Made by a program: the position numbers and the translations under genes. A DNA stretch of 64,000 nt, taken from contig OX597825.1 in assembly GCA_951406725.2 (NCBI GenBank), positions 42,346,001 through 42,410,000 on the forward strand, written 5' to 3'. This document shows, in pieces, positions 39,239 to 52,852 of the stretch. Positions within the stretch are counted from its first letter, which is position 1. Each line of letters starts with the position of its first letter. The notes beneath the pieces were generated by a model, which saw only the letters and a list, made by a program, of their open reading frames with translations, did not search any database and was not told the origin of the DNA. Source of the DNA: Octopus vulgaris. Lineage: Eukaryota.

Positions 39239-39698
39239 CATATATAAATATATATATATATATGTGCACACGCACATGTGTATGTATATATGTGTGTGCG
39301 TATGTGTGTGTAACATATAAATATTTTTATACATACAAACTTGTTACCAGTTGAAATTCTCTTGAGGCATATTTGAGGAAGTCATTTACTGTATTTTGTG
39401 AAGGAGAAAATTTCTTATGCTGTAAACATATAGGTGTGAAAACATCAAGTCAGATTTCTGCACCACCATCAACTCTCCATGAGGCAGACTGGTAGATGCA
39501 TGCATTTTGAAGTGGTTGTCTCCTCTTCTGCACTAGAACTAGAAAAGCAGATGCTGTAAATTGACAAGAGACTGAGGGCTCTCTTATTATATTTTCCATC
39601 ATCATACTATGGTTGGTTACACTGGTTGGCAACTCTCTGGAAATAAAATATGGAATGAAACCACTAAGCAGTGATGTGTATAATACAAACTTCATATT

Positions 39699-39748
<50 letters not shown>

Positions 39749-39781
39749 TATATACTTATGCATATATGTATATATACATAT

Positions 39782-39842
<61 letters not shown>

Positions 39843-39959
39843 TATATATACACATATATTTTTGTTTTTAGGAATGGTCATTTTGCCAGTTTAGCCAATA
39901 GAAACACATGCACTATGTATTTGCTGTTACTTTGCTTCAGTGTTATTTATTTTTTACAT

Positions 39960-40246
39960 TAATCTTAATCTTATTTCAGCTAGAGTTCTTTCGTCATACT
40001 CCTGTGACCGCACCAGTGGTCCTTTGCTTTCTTCTTTATTATTTGTGTGTCTCTCCTTACTAACCGTCAGCCATTTTGTATTTCTGTTGTATGTGTCTTC
40101 ATTTGTGCATGCGTATATCTCTATGTGCGTCTATGTTTAGTTAGTGTGTGTGTGTGGGGGGGGAAATGCCTGTAATCTTTGTATCTCCTGTTTATATTTG
40201 TTCGTGTAATTTGATTTTGTTTTTGTTTATTCTTATTTTGTTCATG

Positions 40247-40304
<58 letters not shown>

Positions 40305-41893
40305 TATGTATGTATGTATGTATAACAATAATAATAGTAATAATAATAAAAATTTAAATTAAAATTTTAAAAAATCGTTTTAATAAAAAATAAATAAATA
40401 AATAAAAATAAATAAATTAAAAAATAAATTAAAAAATATAATTAAAAAATGTATATAGTTATTTACTTACATTTGTTTATTTATCTGTGTATTTTATTTT
40501 ATTATGTTTTCAGTTTTGTTTATATTGTAACCAGTTTATGGGGATCCTCTTCTGTCATATGTTGTGGTGTGTGCTAGTGTTCCATTCCAGTTTCCTATTC
40601 AGGCTAGGTTTATCTTCCATTGTATGTGTAGCTTCCGTAATTTGTCTGATTGTTGCATCTGTTCTATGTGTGGACAACATTTTAACTTCCATGTTGTTGA
40701 TTGAGACCCCGTGTTCCTGCTTGGTGTGTTGGTACAGAACCGATGAGCTCTTTCCTTCCTTCAGTTCTCTCCAATGTCATTTACCCACTCTCATATGCTC
40801 CGTGCTGTTTCCCCTACGTATTTCGTTGTCTTGTTACTGCATCATCCCTCTATACATATTATGCTATAGACTATATTTCTGGCTTTACAGTTTGTTTGTG
40901 GGCTAAATCTACACAGAGTACAGTACCTATCGATACAGGGGGTTCTACTAAAAGGTATGGATTTGATAGGGTTGCCTGGCTTTTCAACAACCTTAATCTT
41001 TAGCTTAAGTTTGTCTAGGGTCCTTCTAAAGCAGTATGCCAGTTCACCTCTAGGGGTGGTGTTGACGAACATGACACTCTGGTATTTGCATCTATCATAC
41101 CAAGAGTTGGCCTTCCCAATTTTCTTTTTTGTCTTTTCAATAGTGTTCTATGAGTTGCTCCTATAGAGTGGGCAAATCCCATTCCTATCATTACATAAGA
41201 TAGTATCAAATTTCTTCATGGCTCCTTTGTATACTCTGATCCTTTCTTTATGGCTGTAACCTGAGAACTGCATGCGGTGAACGAAATGTTGTATGTGTCT
41301 CTTTAACTCTGTAGGCTTGCACATGCAGGACACATTTTGCATTATTCTGACGAGGTCTGCCATCAAAATATTGAATTTGGCATTGTCTGCGATAGCTGAG
41401 TTCTGGTGGATCAAGTATTTGGAGGCTATAGGTTTGGCATAGTACGATTGAAGGGTTCAAGTTTTATTATTCTCAGTTTCTAGCCAGAGTTCTGTGTCTA
41501 GGACAGGTAGTCTATGGTTAGGGTATTTAGTGGGGTAGTCTATTGTGACATTAATACTCTGGTGGATGAAGTTAGCTATTTGCTGGATGCTCTCCATAGT
41601 ATTAGTTTCTATTTCTATTTCAACAGTACTCTCTTGTGGGGGTGCCTTTACCACTATGATATCATCAACATAGCGAGAGTACATGATCACGAGTATGGAG
41701 TTCTGTGTTAGGCATTCTTTAAGCCTTCTGTCCCACCATACCATGAAAAGGTTGGTCACATCACCGGCGATACTAACGCCGATGGCTGCCCCCTCGTCTT
41801 GAGCATATATTTTATTGTTAAAGTTAAACATGTGGCCTTTTAGGGTAACTCTTATACTAGCTCCTAGTGCATGTGCGATCATTTTCTTTACCT
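39960..41893 (-). mobile_element. Penelope-like element, 5'-truncated (RT and C-terminal GIY-YIG endonuclease)
   Basis: [32 protein letters not shown]; Cys-rich linker; NIVYSIIC...YVGETARS and RQITEA...LNRKLEW; one frame with four stops, then a frameshift. Confidence 0.9.
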
Positions 41894-42295
41894 GTATATA
41901 TATATATATATATTCATATATATATATATATATATATACATATGCATATACATATATATATATGTATATATATATATATGTATATACATATATATATACA
42001 TATATATATATATGTATATATGTATATACATATATATATATATACATATATATATGTATATACATATATATATATGTATATATATGTATATAAGGATATA
42101 TATATATATAAAATATATATGTGTAAATATATATATATACATATATATATATATGTGTGTGTATATATATATACATACATACATACATATATATATATGG
42201 GCTATCCGAGCATGAATGCTTCAATAGGAAAGCAAACAACATTGTGCTGGCTTGGTACGCGATGATGTCTATCTTTATGTATATATATTTTTTTA

Positions 42296-42368
42296 CCCTG
42301 ATGAAGGAGGTATTATCTGGATGCACCCTAGTGCTTTAAACATAATACACCCCTGAAATGGCCATAGG
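42296..42368 (+). ncRNA. type-I hammerhead motif with long stem II (core intact, stem I weak)
   Basis: cc-CTGATGA-aggaggtatta...taatacacccct-GAAA-t-ggcc-ATA-gg. Confidence 0.65.
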
Positions 42369-42818
42369 GATAAGTAAATATAGTTCCCTTTTTAACTATA
42401 AGGCTTCTTTTACTTGAATAATTATTTAATAAGATGAACTTTTATTTTATTTACGTGATATATATTATATATTTTTTATATGCTCCTATATGTATATATA
42501 TATATTTTATATATTTTTGTATACCTATATATTTTTATATATTACTTTATATTATATTTTTACTTTCTAGGTGTCGTAATGTTTTTTTTTTAAAAATGTA
42601 AAAAAATGTATTTTTCTGAATCGCTAAAGTATTAACTTTAAACTGTGATGAAAAAATTTTTTCTCGCACCTTATTATTATTATATGCTTGTATGCTTGTA
42701 CAGATGAATTATGTTCCATCTTGCGGGATATTTATATGTATATTCTATGATTAAATGTTCGAATTATGAAATGATATGCGGATGACCTTGCATTTGTTCG
42801 TTCAATAACTTTAGTTTG

Positions 42819-42849
<31 letters not shown>

Positions 42850-42917
42850 CATACATATATATAATATATATATATATATATATACATACATATATATAAT
42901 AATATATATATATATAT

Positions 42918-43343
<426 letters not shown>

Positions 43344-43449
43344 TAATCACCATTTTGAATTATATAGATAATACCATACTAAATTCTGGTGCCTTTAACC
43401 TAAGTACCATATTCATCAGAATCTAAATTTTAATGAACTCATATATATA

Positions 43450-44200
43450 TATATTATATAATAGCCAATGACTGTGTGTTTGTGTGCTGCTTCGATCCTA
43501 ATGAAATTTGGAACACAAAATCCAAGCCTAGGGAGAATGGTAATGCTGTATGTTTCATACAAATTTGAGGGGACATAAAGGGAGCAGAATCACCCATAAA
43601 ATTCATATGCTTCGGATTTTGATGAACTTTGAACCATAATTATTAGAAATAAATTTTAAAATATACCCAAAATTTCCATTTCTTTGGAGGATTCTAAGAC
43701 CCTCTTAATGGGGGCTTAACTCCCAAATTTTAGTCATTTTTCATGGACCAAAATTACTGAATGGATCCTTATGATATTTGGAACTTAGATTCAATGCCTA
43801 ATGGTGGATATATATTTGGTTTGAATTTGATGGTCTTAAAGGGGGCAAAACTCACCATGAAAATTCGTAAATTTCCGATGATGAAGAAAAATTTCCCAGA
43901 GTATACTTAAAACCAATCTGCCATACTTGGACCAATTGTAAATGGAAATTCTTTACTCTTTTCCATTTAGAGTCAAATATTTAAATATTGAATAAGAAGT
44001 AGGTCTTCGTATATTTATGTTTTTTGGAGTTTTTTCCAGAAGTAATTTATTTTAGAAACTATTTGGTTTACCAAAAAGTCCATTTGACTTGTTATAATTA
44101 AAAATAAAATATAACTTTTAAACACAGTTTAAGATATTCAATCAATGATATAATTACTGTTTTATTTCAGTATTTGCAACCATCTTGTGGGCAAATCCAT
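43450..44200 (+). mobile_element. old Helitron-like non-autonomous element
   Basis: tataata..gtgtgtttgtgtg head and repeated atcct.atga.atttggaac motifs; no clear 3' end. Confidence 0.4.
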
Positions 44201-46145
44201 TATTCCCTATGTAAAGAATTTCCTGTTTTGATAGACAAAAAACTCTTCCAGGTGAGTTTTTTTACATCCTCTTCAGAGTCAAAGATCTATCCATTCAATG
44301 AATTTTGAACAAACCAAAATGGGAGGAAATCTGATGGCACAAGGTTGGGCAAATATACAGAGTGCAGCAAATCTACCAGCCAAAGCCCAGTAACTTATGC
44401 CATGTATGCAAAGAAGACTATGGTCTGGCATTGTCATGATAAAATATACAATGCCCCTATGACTAGCAAGTGCTGGATACTTCTGTCAGATTGCTGCATT
44501 TATCAGGTTGAGTAAAAAGTAAGCAACATTTTGAAATATGAAGGATTTGTACCAGAGTTTTGCAAAGTTTTGAATTTTTTTAAACTTTTTTTTTTTTGCA
44601 ATCGTCTGATAATACAGACAGACTTGCCCAAAGGCATCAATAAATTAACATTGATATTTTTTCACCATTGTTACAATCATCTGAAATGGAGCTGTCAAAG
44701 TCAGATATTCGAGCAATTTTGCTGTTCAACTTCAAAAAAGGATGTAAAGCAGCCGAAACTGCACACAGTATCAATGAAGCATTTGGTGAGGAAATGATTA
44801 GTGAGTGGTCAGCTCGAAAATGGTTTAAACAATTTCACAGTGGAGACCTGAGCATTGAAGATCATGAGAATAGTGGATGCCCATCTGTCAATGATGGTCA
44901 GTAAAGACCATCATTGAGAAAGAACTGGCAAAAGAACTTCATGTTAGCCAGAAAACTGCCTGCAACCATTCACATGCAATTAGAAAATCAAAAACGCTCA
45001 ACAAATGGGTACCATGCAATTTGAAGGAAAACCAGAAAACGTGCAGATATGAAATTTGCTTGTGGCTTCTTCTCTGTAACCAGACAGATCCATTTCTTTA
45101 CCATATTCTAACTTGCAATGAAAAGTAGATTCTGTACAATAATAAAAAAAACATTCTTTGCAGTGGTTGGACCAAGATGAAGCACCAAGAACCTTCCCTA
45201 GACCCGAGCTCTTCAAAAAAAAAAGTTATGGTGACTGTTTGTTGGTGTACTGCTTGACTCATCCACTATAACTTCTTAAAACCTGGTAAAACCATTACTG
45301 CAGAAATATATTGCCATGAAATTGCCAGACTAGTTAAAAGAAGAGGGCCAATCATTCTTCCTGACAATGTTTGCCCACATGTTTCCCTAATGATGCTCCA
45401 GAAATCGAGGGAACTTGACTATGAAGTTCTTCCCCACCAGCTTATTCCCCAGACCTTTCTCCTACTGACTACCACTTTCTCAAGCACCTTAATGGTTTCC
45501 TGCAAGAGGAGTTCAAAAATCAAACCGATGCTGAAAGTGCATTGAAAGATTTCATCAGCTCCAGAACTCCAAATTTTTATGTTACTGTAATAAACAAACT
45601 CATTGACAAAAATGCATTGATTGTAATGGTACTTACTTTCATGCATTTCCACATTGTTGAAATATATTGTGATGAATTTCATGTTTCAAAACGTACTTTT
45701 TACTCAGCCTGATAATTTGTCTATTGGTGACAGTACACATCCAAATTAATGGTCCTGTCCACAGGAAGAAGCTCATAAAAGATAACACCCTTCCAATCAC
45801 ACTAAATTGAATGCATCACTTCCTTTGGGTCAATTTCTGCTTTGGAGGTTGTTTATGATGGTTTGCTGCACTTCTCCATAATCATTTGCACATCACATTG
45901 TTATAGTTGATCCATTTTTCATCCCCTGTCACCAATCTCTTCAAAAAAAGAAGAGTGGGTGATATTAGCCTCCTTCAAATGATGTTGGGCCCAAATATCA
46001 AGCCTACTGACATAACTAAGTTGATGCAGATGGTTTCCATCACTCAGTTTGGATATCTAGGGAATATCTGTGATCATCCTGGGTGTTGGTGTCATTATTA
46101 ATCTCATTTAGTCAGCTAGAGCAAGGTGCATTTTAAACCAAAAGA
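44201..46145 (-). mobile_element. mariner remnant interrupted by a second mariner
   Basis: LVTGDEKWINYNN, DWKGVIFYELL and HDNARP; the frame rejoins as DKLNAAI across the insertion. Confidence 0.8.
44503..45712 (+). mobile_element. mariner transposon with both TIRs, pseudogenised
   Basis: TA|tcaggttgagtaaaaagta ... tactttttactcagcctga|TA; MELSKSDIRAILLFNFKKG, WVP and YSPD motifs. Confidence 0.92.
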
Positions 46146-46199
46146 TTTCCCAATCAACATCTTGAAAACCTCTTCTGGGATACACATTCAATAATGACA

Positions 46200-46830
46200 T
46201 TCTCTCTATACATAGTACATATCTACCTGCAGGTCTTCTATCTCCCACTCTGTCTCCCACTCTTTCTCCTCCTGTGCTTTTCTCAAGCTGGGTAACCATG
46301 TACCTCCTTTACAGAAACACACCTGTTTCTGTCTTCGTTCCTGATTACTCTCACTCTTTCTCTCTCTCTCTCTCTCTCTCTGGGGATAACCTTGTGCCTC
46401 CTCTACAGCAAAACACCTGCTTTTATCGCTTTGTCCCACTATAACCTTTCATCATTCGACACAAGATCACCTCCTCCAATTCCCCCTCCTCTCTCAAAGG
46501 ATCTTTGTCTTGCAAGTTACTTGGTGACCCTGTCAGTGCTGGTATCACATAAAGAGATCCAGTCCACACTGCAAAGTGGTTGGCATTTGGAAGGGCATCC
46601 AGCAGTAAAAACTTTGCTAAAACTGACCTCGCCTGTGGTGGTACCACATAAAAAGCACTCAATCAACTCAGCTGGGTGGTTGGTGTTAGGAAGGGCATCC
46701 AGCCATATAAACCCTGCCAAAACAGACACAGAGGGTTGGTGCAGGCTCCTACCAGGCCAGCCCCTGTCAAACCATCTAACCCATGCCAGTACGAGAGGCA
46801 GACATTGAATGATGATGATGATGGTGGTGG
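46200..46830 (+). mobile_element. older RTE subfamily 3' UTR
   Basis: pyrimidine tract, repeated modules and (GAT)n tail. Confidence 0.7.
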
Positions 46831-47368
46831 TGGTGGTAAAAAGCATCAAATGTTGATAATGTTTGTTTTAGTTCCCCATATTTCAGTATGGTCCCAAGCA
46901 CACAAAATATAATCAGTCAAACTACATTGAAGTGTTAAGCATCTAACAAGAGTGCATGTGCAGGGGGCAGACTGAACTTAGCTACTTATTAGAGCGCTTG
47001 AAGTTTAGTATTGACTAAAACCAAATAGACCTTTTGGCCAACTTAACAAATGGTTATAATAATTTTTTTTTATGGTAAAATTAATTTAATTTACAGGTGC
47101 ATGTCCTTTGTATTGCTTAGCATTCAAGCATAAGATTATAGAAAAGCCTGTGGTCAGTTGAAGAAATAGCTACTGAGCCCTTTTTAAGATGCACATTTCA
47201 TTTGCTTAGTTACAAGGCTTTCTCTCTAAGAGGAGAAAATGTGAAAATGACTGAATTTACTGTGATATATTATAACTGTTTATTTTATTGATAAATATGT
47301 CATCCTCTTTAGGATTCAAATTCCTACTTTAAGGAATTAAAAAGAATATAATTGAAATCTTAGTTCAA

Positions 47369-47958
47369 ACCTTTAGCATTCAGATTACTCTGTCAAATGT
47401 TGTGCTTATTTATTCACAGGGTTTTGAATTACTCATGCATTGTCTCATAGCTTTGAAATTTTGATGATGTGGTTACTCTTTTACTTGTTTCAGTCATTTG
47501 CTGTGCCCATGCTGGAGCACTGCCTTTAATCGAGCAAATCGACCCCAGGACTTATTCTTTGTAAGCCTAGTACTTATTCTATCGGTTTCTTTTGCCAAAC
47601 TGCTAAGTTACGGGGACGTAAACACACCAGCATCGGTTGTCAAGCTATGTTGGGGGGGACAAACACACACGCAAATATATATACATATATACGACGGGCT
47701 TCATTCAGTTTCCGCCTACCAAATCCACTCAAAAGGCTTTGGTCAGCCCGAGGCTATAGTAGAAGACACTTGCTCAAGGTGCCACGCAGTGGGACTGAAC
47801 CTAGAACCATGTGGTTCATAAGCAAGCTACTTACCACACAGCCACTTGTATATTTTTAGAATGACAGAGGTTAGTTGTGAGAGGCCAGATATACCTGGTT
47901 TGAACACAAAACACACAGAATATTAGGGCAAGATTTGGCCACTTTATATGTTAAAGGG
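47369..47958. mobile_element. piggyBac-type MITE
   Basis: cctttagcatt left end and atgttaaaggg-TTAA right end; contains a SINE. Confidence 0.55.
47474..47845 (-). mobile_element. full-length tRNA-derived SINE
   Basis: same family as 16325-16747. Confidence 0.88.
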
Positions 47959-48949
47959 TTAAGCCAGCTTTATCATATTTTAGATATCTCAAATATTTTT
48001 AACTGTTACCCTAGCTTCCTTTCTCAGCTAATGTGTTTCAGCTTTACATATCAATGGTCAATCTTTTCATGTTGCATTTAGTCATATCCTTGTATCTTAG
48101 TGGGTGAGTGGGTAAGTTCTACCCTGGTTTATTGCACTACTAGACAACTACTAGTGGAGTGTTTATCTTGGCAATTGTGATTCCTCCATTCTTTGGATGC
48201 TTTTTTTTTTCACAAAAACTACTGGCCATATTAGATATACACAAGCTTATAAACTTTATCAATAGTCCGTTGTTTTTTCTAAACAAGTTGCTCAAGAGGG
48301 GGATGCTGTACAAAGTTTAAGAGCAATAAATGTTAGAATTATATCTCTGTAGGTTTTGGCCTAGTGGTTAGGTTGTTAAACTCCCAATTGCAAGGCCATA
48401 AGATTGATACTGAGACTGGGTAGCATTCTGTGTCCTTGAGTGGGACACCTCATTTCATATTTTCCACTTCATTTTTGTCTGCAATGTGGTGTCTCATAAA
48501 AGGAGCAGGGAGTAATACATTATTTGAAATTTAATCACAGCTTCTATCTTTTTTACATAAGAGTAAATGTTAAGGCCAGTCATAAATATCAAACTGTTTT
48601 AAGCAGGCATTTTGCAAAGAAGTTTGGGCAACATTTTCTACAGTGATTCACTATCTTCTTATCTTTTCACTGATTCAAGGAAGTCAAAATCAAAGTCATC
48701 TCTAAGCCAAATGATATCAAAAAATCCTAATTTTGACCATCCTATCTTTTTAATATCAAGATTACATTGTCTAATGTGATATTACATCTTGGGAGTGTGA
48801 TGTGAGAATGATTTAGCAGCTATTTTTTGTAAATCAAATGACTACAAAGAGGTTCATATTCAAGGAAGTTGTTTCATGAGAACAGTACATAATTGCAATC
48901 TGTTGAGTATTTAGCTACAACACACTGGGCAAATATCTGTGAAAGTTAC

Positions 48950-49330
48950 AATATATTTGCCACTGTACAATAGCACCAAGAGTTAGGGTTGAAATGTCTT
49001 CAGAAGCAAAATTTTAATATCTATATTCTTGTAAGGTTATCGAGCTTCAAGAAATAGATCTGTAAGGCTTCTTAATCCAATAATTGACATGATCAATGGA
49101 AGCAATGTTCTTCATGTTTTCTATTGGATTGCTTCCAGTTTTCTGGTAATATCAGGATCATTGGTGAATATGTGGGTACATCTGACTAACAAAAGGCTTC
49201 TTACACACACAATAAGTATCTTTTTATTTAGGAGGTAAAATGAAGGATGTGTAACAAGATATCGGTTGTCAATGTATCCAAAAGTGAGATATTCAATATG
49301 CACAAATTGAGTATTTTCTTGTTTTGCTTG
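48950..49330 (-). mobile_element. CR1-like LINE C-terminal remnant
   Basis: DITRKLEAIQ...NYW pattern, heavily decayed. Confidence 0.4.
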
Positions 49331-49599
49331 GTATTGCATGGCCTGGTGAGATTGGGAGTGGAAGGGATGCTGAGTGAGAGAATAAAGACTAAGTACAGTG
49401 GTTAGAAGAAAAGATAGTGAGGGTATACAATGTGCAACTAACAGTAAGGAGATGCATGCACAAAACATTAAACAAGGGCAGAGTGCATGTATTATCCCAT
49501 TATTTTAATGAATATTTTGGAAAGCTTGCATGGGAGATCAGATATGCAGAACTATATATTGCCAGTAAGCATAGTCCTCAATCATTTCCTTTGTCAGAT

Positions 49600-50470
49600 G
49601 TAATGTCTTAAGATCATTTCTCACCATTTCATCCTAAGTCTTTCTTGGTCTCCCTCTTCTACAGTCATCACTCACTTTTAAGTGCTTGGCACTTGTCTAT
49701 GCAGCTGTCAGCCCCCCATCAGCATCACATGTTAATACCAATGCAATCACCTTATTTGCTACTTTGGACTCCCCTTATATCCAGTTTCTCCTTCATTTCA
49801 TTAATACTTTGTTGTTCAGACACCACAGCATGATACATTGCTCCATGCTTGCCTCATTTCTTTCTAGTATTTACAGGTTCTCCACAATTAAAGATCCATG
49901 TCACACTATCGTACAGCAAAGTACTTTGCATATGAGCATTCTACAATCCACCCTTGACTTTGAGAGATAAGTTTCAGCTGAGGTTCCTTAGACTTTCTCC
50001 AACCCATCCTTATTCTAACCACTATACTTTGGGCATCCAGCTCATCTATCCACACAGCTACCTTTAGAGAGCCATCTGGGTACTTAAAAGAAACTATTTT
50101 ATTAAGCCCTCTATTACTGCCCCAATGCAACTACTACATATGAAATCTCTTCTCTGTCAGCTTATCTGTGACCCCACCACACCTTTTTTGTGTGTAAGTT
50201 GTTTACATGAGAACATCTTATATAATTTCCACTGACACCCTTTTTGCAGATGGAGAACAGCCAATTCCCTAGTGCTATAAGGTTTATGTTTTGCTTGTTA
50301 CTTGCACTAAAGCCATTCAGCTCTACATTTTGCTTCCATTTCTAGAATTTCAGCTTTGATTCATTCTTCAACACAAAGCATAGAGTAGTTTCCAAGGGCA
50401 ACTGGTCTTACATTTTCTGCTACAAACTGGAGGACTATAATAGATAGGGAGCCTGAGAACTGAGGCTACT
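49600..50470 (-). mobile_element. old RTE RT fragment including the PHD-like insert
   Basis: CPWKLLYA, ICKKGVSGNYIRC, VVRIRMGWRK and GRPRKT. Confidence 0.7.
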
Positions 50471-50689
50471 ATTTCCTTTACTTTCTCTCCAAATTAGTTA
50501 TCACCAATGGCTATGTCACCATTTGGGTTCCCAATTTGCTGTATTCCATTTTATCGCCATTTCTAACCAATCTGTCATTTACCTACCTACACACCATTTT
50601 GTATCCCATGTCCCTATTCTCTCTTATTCTCACTTTCTTGTATCTTGATGGTGCACCCTGACATCTCACCACCACCACCATCTCTTTTC

Positions 50690-51052
50690 ACTATTTCTAG
50701 CTAGAGTAGCCATGTATCTCTTCCACAGCAAGAAACCTGCTTTTGTCCTTCTATCTTAATTTAATCTCTCAATACTTGGCATAAAACCAGGGACCCTTCA
50801 GGATTACAACCATTTTTAGTTGAAGAGAATTGTGAGTTTCTTGGTGACTTCACTAATGCAGGCAGTGCCTTGTAAAAAGCATCTAGTTCACTTTGTAAAG
50901 TAGGTGGTATTAGGAGAAGCATCCAGTCATAGAAACCCCATCAAAGAAGACATTGAAAGTTGATGCTGTCCTCTGAATTATCAGGTCATATCAAAACATC
51001 TGATCCATATCAGCATGGAAGCATGGAAGATGGGTGTTAAATGATGATGATG
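50690..51052 (+). mobile_element. old RTE 3' UTR
   Basis: degenerate tail ending gttaaatgatgatgatg. Confidence 0.6.
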
Positions 51053-51610
51053 AGAAGGAGGATGATAAACATACACCTCACTCACAAACACACACATGTG
51101 CACATACACACTTACACATATAGGATGGCTAAATTTACAGTTATGCATTCAGTCAATGCTACTTGTTGTTACCAAGAAGTTGCTCACAATAAAATGTTGT
51201 CAAACAGATCCTCAAATAATGTAGATGAAAAATGATTGCACAAATAATATTCCCCATCAAAAGAGTGAGTAACCGAAAGAGATGATATTACAAGTAAATG
51301 AAATTGTTTATTCAAAATATAACCTAGAAACAAACCAAATACATATAAGATTAATTATACAAATATCCAAGCACATAAAACATTATGATAATGTGTGTTA
51401 TACATAGCTTACATGTTTTCCTTCTTTTTCAGCCTTTCAATATTAAAAGATGGGAATGTGTCAAGTACACCAGTAGTTACATTATAGTGAATACATTTAA
51501 AGTAATGGTCATCAAAAAGCTAAATAATCATGCAAAAAAGAAAAGATACCATTTCAATGAATGACCGTGACTAATAATATTTTGGTTATTTTAGCAATTA
51601 GGAAGGATGG

Positions 51611-51650
51611 CTTCAGACATGTTTTGGTTTTATGAGACCTCCTCAGAAAA
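51611..51650 (-). ncRNA. degenerate hammerhead motif
   Basis: CTGAGGA-ggt...acc-AAAA-catg-TC (GAAA mutated). Confidence 0.35.
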
Positions 51651-51770
51651 TCATGGATTTCATTCTTCTTATTGAAGAGAATCACTATATATGTGTGTGT
51701 GTGTGTGTGACCACGTGTGTATCATTGGCAATTTTCTTTCTCCGTCTTCCCTTCTTTGGACTTTTTCAAT

Positions 51771-51805
51771 ATTTCTGAGGAAGAGCTCCACTCGAAACGT
51801 GAAAT
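51771..51805 (+). ncRNA. degenerate minimal hammerhead in a pLTR-like fragment
   Basis: attt-CTGAGGA-agag-ctcca-ctc-GAAAcgtg-aaat; cleavage triplet is non-canonical GUG. Confidence 0.5.
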
Positions 51806-52852
51806 CCTCTTTCTTTTCTTTCCTTTCCTGAGCATCCAAAAACATTGTACTTATTCCACGTTCACATGTTGTTTTTTCTTATTTGTTCATGTTTGGATTA
51901 ACTATGTGTGTGTGTGTGTGTGTATGTATGCATGTATATGTATATTATATATATAAAATACTGTACATATATGGATATGTTTTCTAAGGTTTTTCTTGTG
52001 TGCTTGCCGAAATGATTCAGATGATATTATTCATTGACCCAATGTCATTTCTCCACCACATAATTAGTTTTAAGAATTTATTCAATGGTCACTGCATTAA
52101 ATATGTTAATGGTGACTTAACTCTTAGTTTTCATGTCAGTAGTATTTCTATAATTTATTCTTCAACTAAAAGAGTTGGGAGACAATATGAATTTTTATTG
52201 ATTTCTTTTCACTTGAGACAAAGCAAATATCTGTCAAAAGAGATGTTCTGTATTATTAAAATTAACTCATATGTTACTGGTGATAATGTTTATCACTCCT
52301 AAGGGCCTAATAGTAAAATCAACCACACAAGGGTTTTGCACTCAGAAGTAAAACAAAAAAGATTAAAGCATATATTTTAAAACTTTATTGTAAAGAACCA
52401 CTCAATTCATTGCCCTAAAGGAATATGAATTTATATAAAGTCAGGAAAGGGAAGAAATTTTTTCTAAAGAAAATACAAATTGGTGTCAATTTTCTATTAT
52501 GAACAGATGTAATTTCATAAACAGGATATACTCTACAATGGGCAAACAATTTGAAAGATATTTGTAATATTGTATCAAATCAGAAAGAATAAATGCTACC
52601 AATATTGGAAACTGCTATGTTCATCTTTCTGTGTAATTACTATTTAATGGTAGTTTGACACAAGACTACTTTCTGTTACACACTTTTTATTTTCTCTTGA
52701 CATTCATTACTGTCTACTGTCTGGCTATTCAGTGGTTTTAGCTTGATGTACACATGTCTCTCATTGTCCTATCAAATACCCTTCTCCCACTATATTTTCT
52801 AAATATCTATGTCTGTCTCAAGAACCACTAAAAATCATGTTGTTTATTTCAT

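Noticed and set aside
40790-41459. In-frame TGA codons in the PLE read as selenocysteine (as in Naiad PLEs)
   Set aside because: A TAG and a frameshift are also present, the TGAs mostly do not fall at Cys positions and the endonuclease is C-terminal; ordinary decay explains them.
41457-42326. 289-aa ORF as a single protein
   Set aside because: Chance fusion of a TA-rich array with the truncated PLE RT.
44668-44904. SETMAR-like host gene
   Set aside because: Mariner transposase inside TIRs with stops and frameshifts, and no SET domain.
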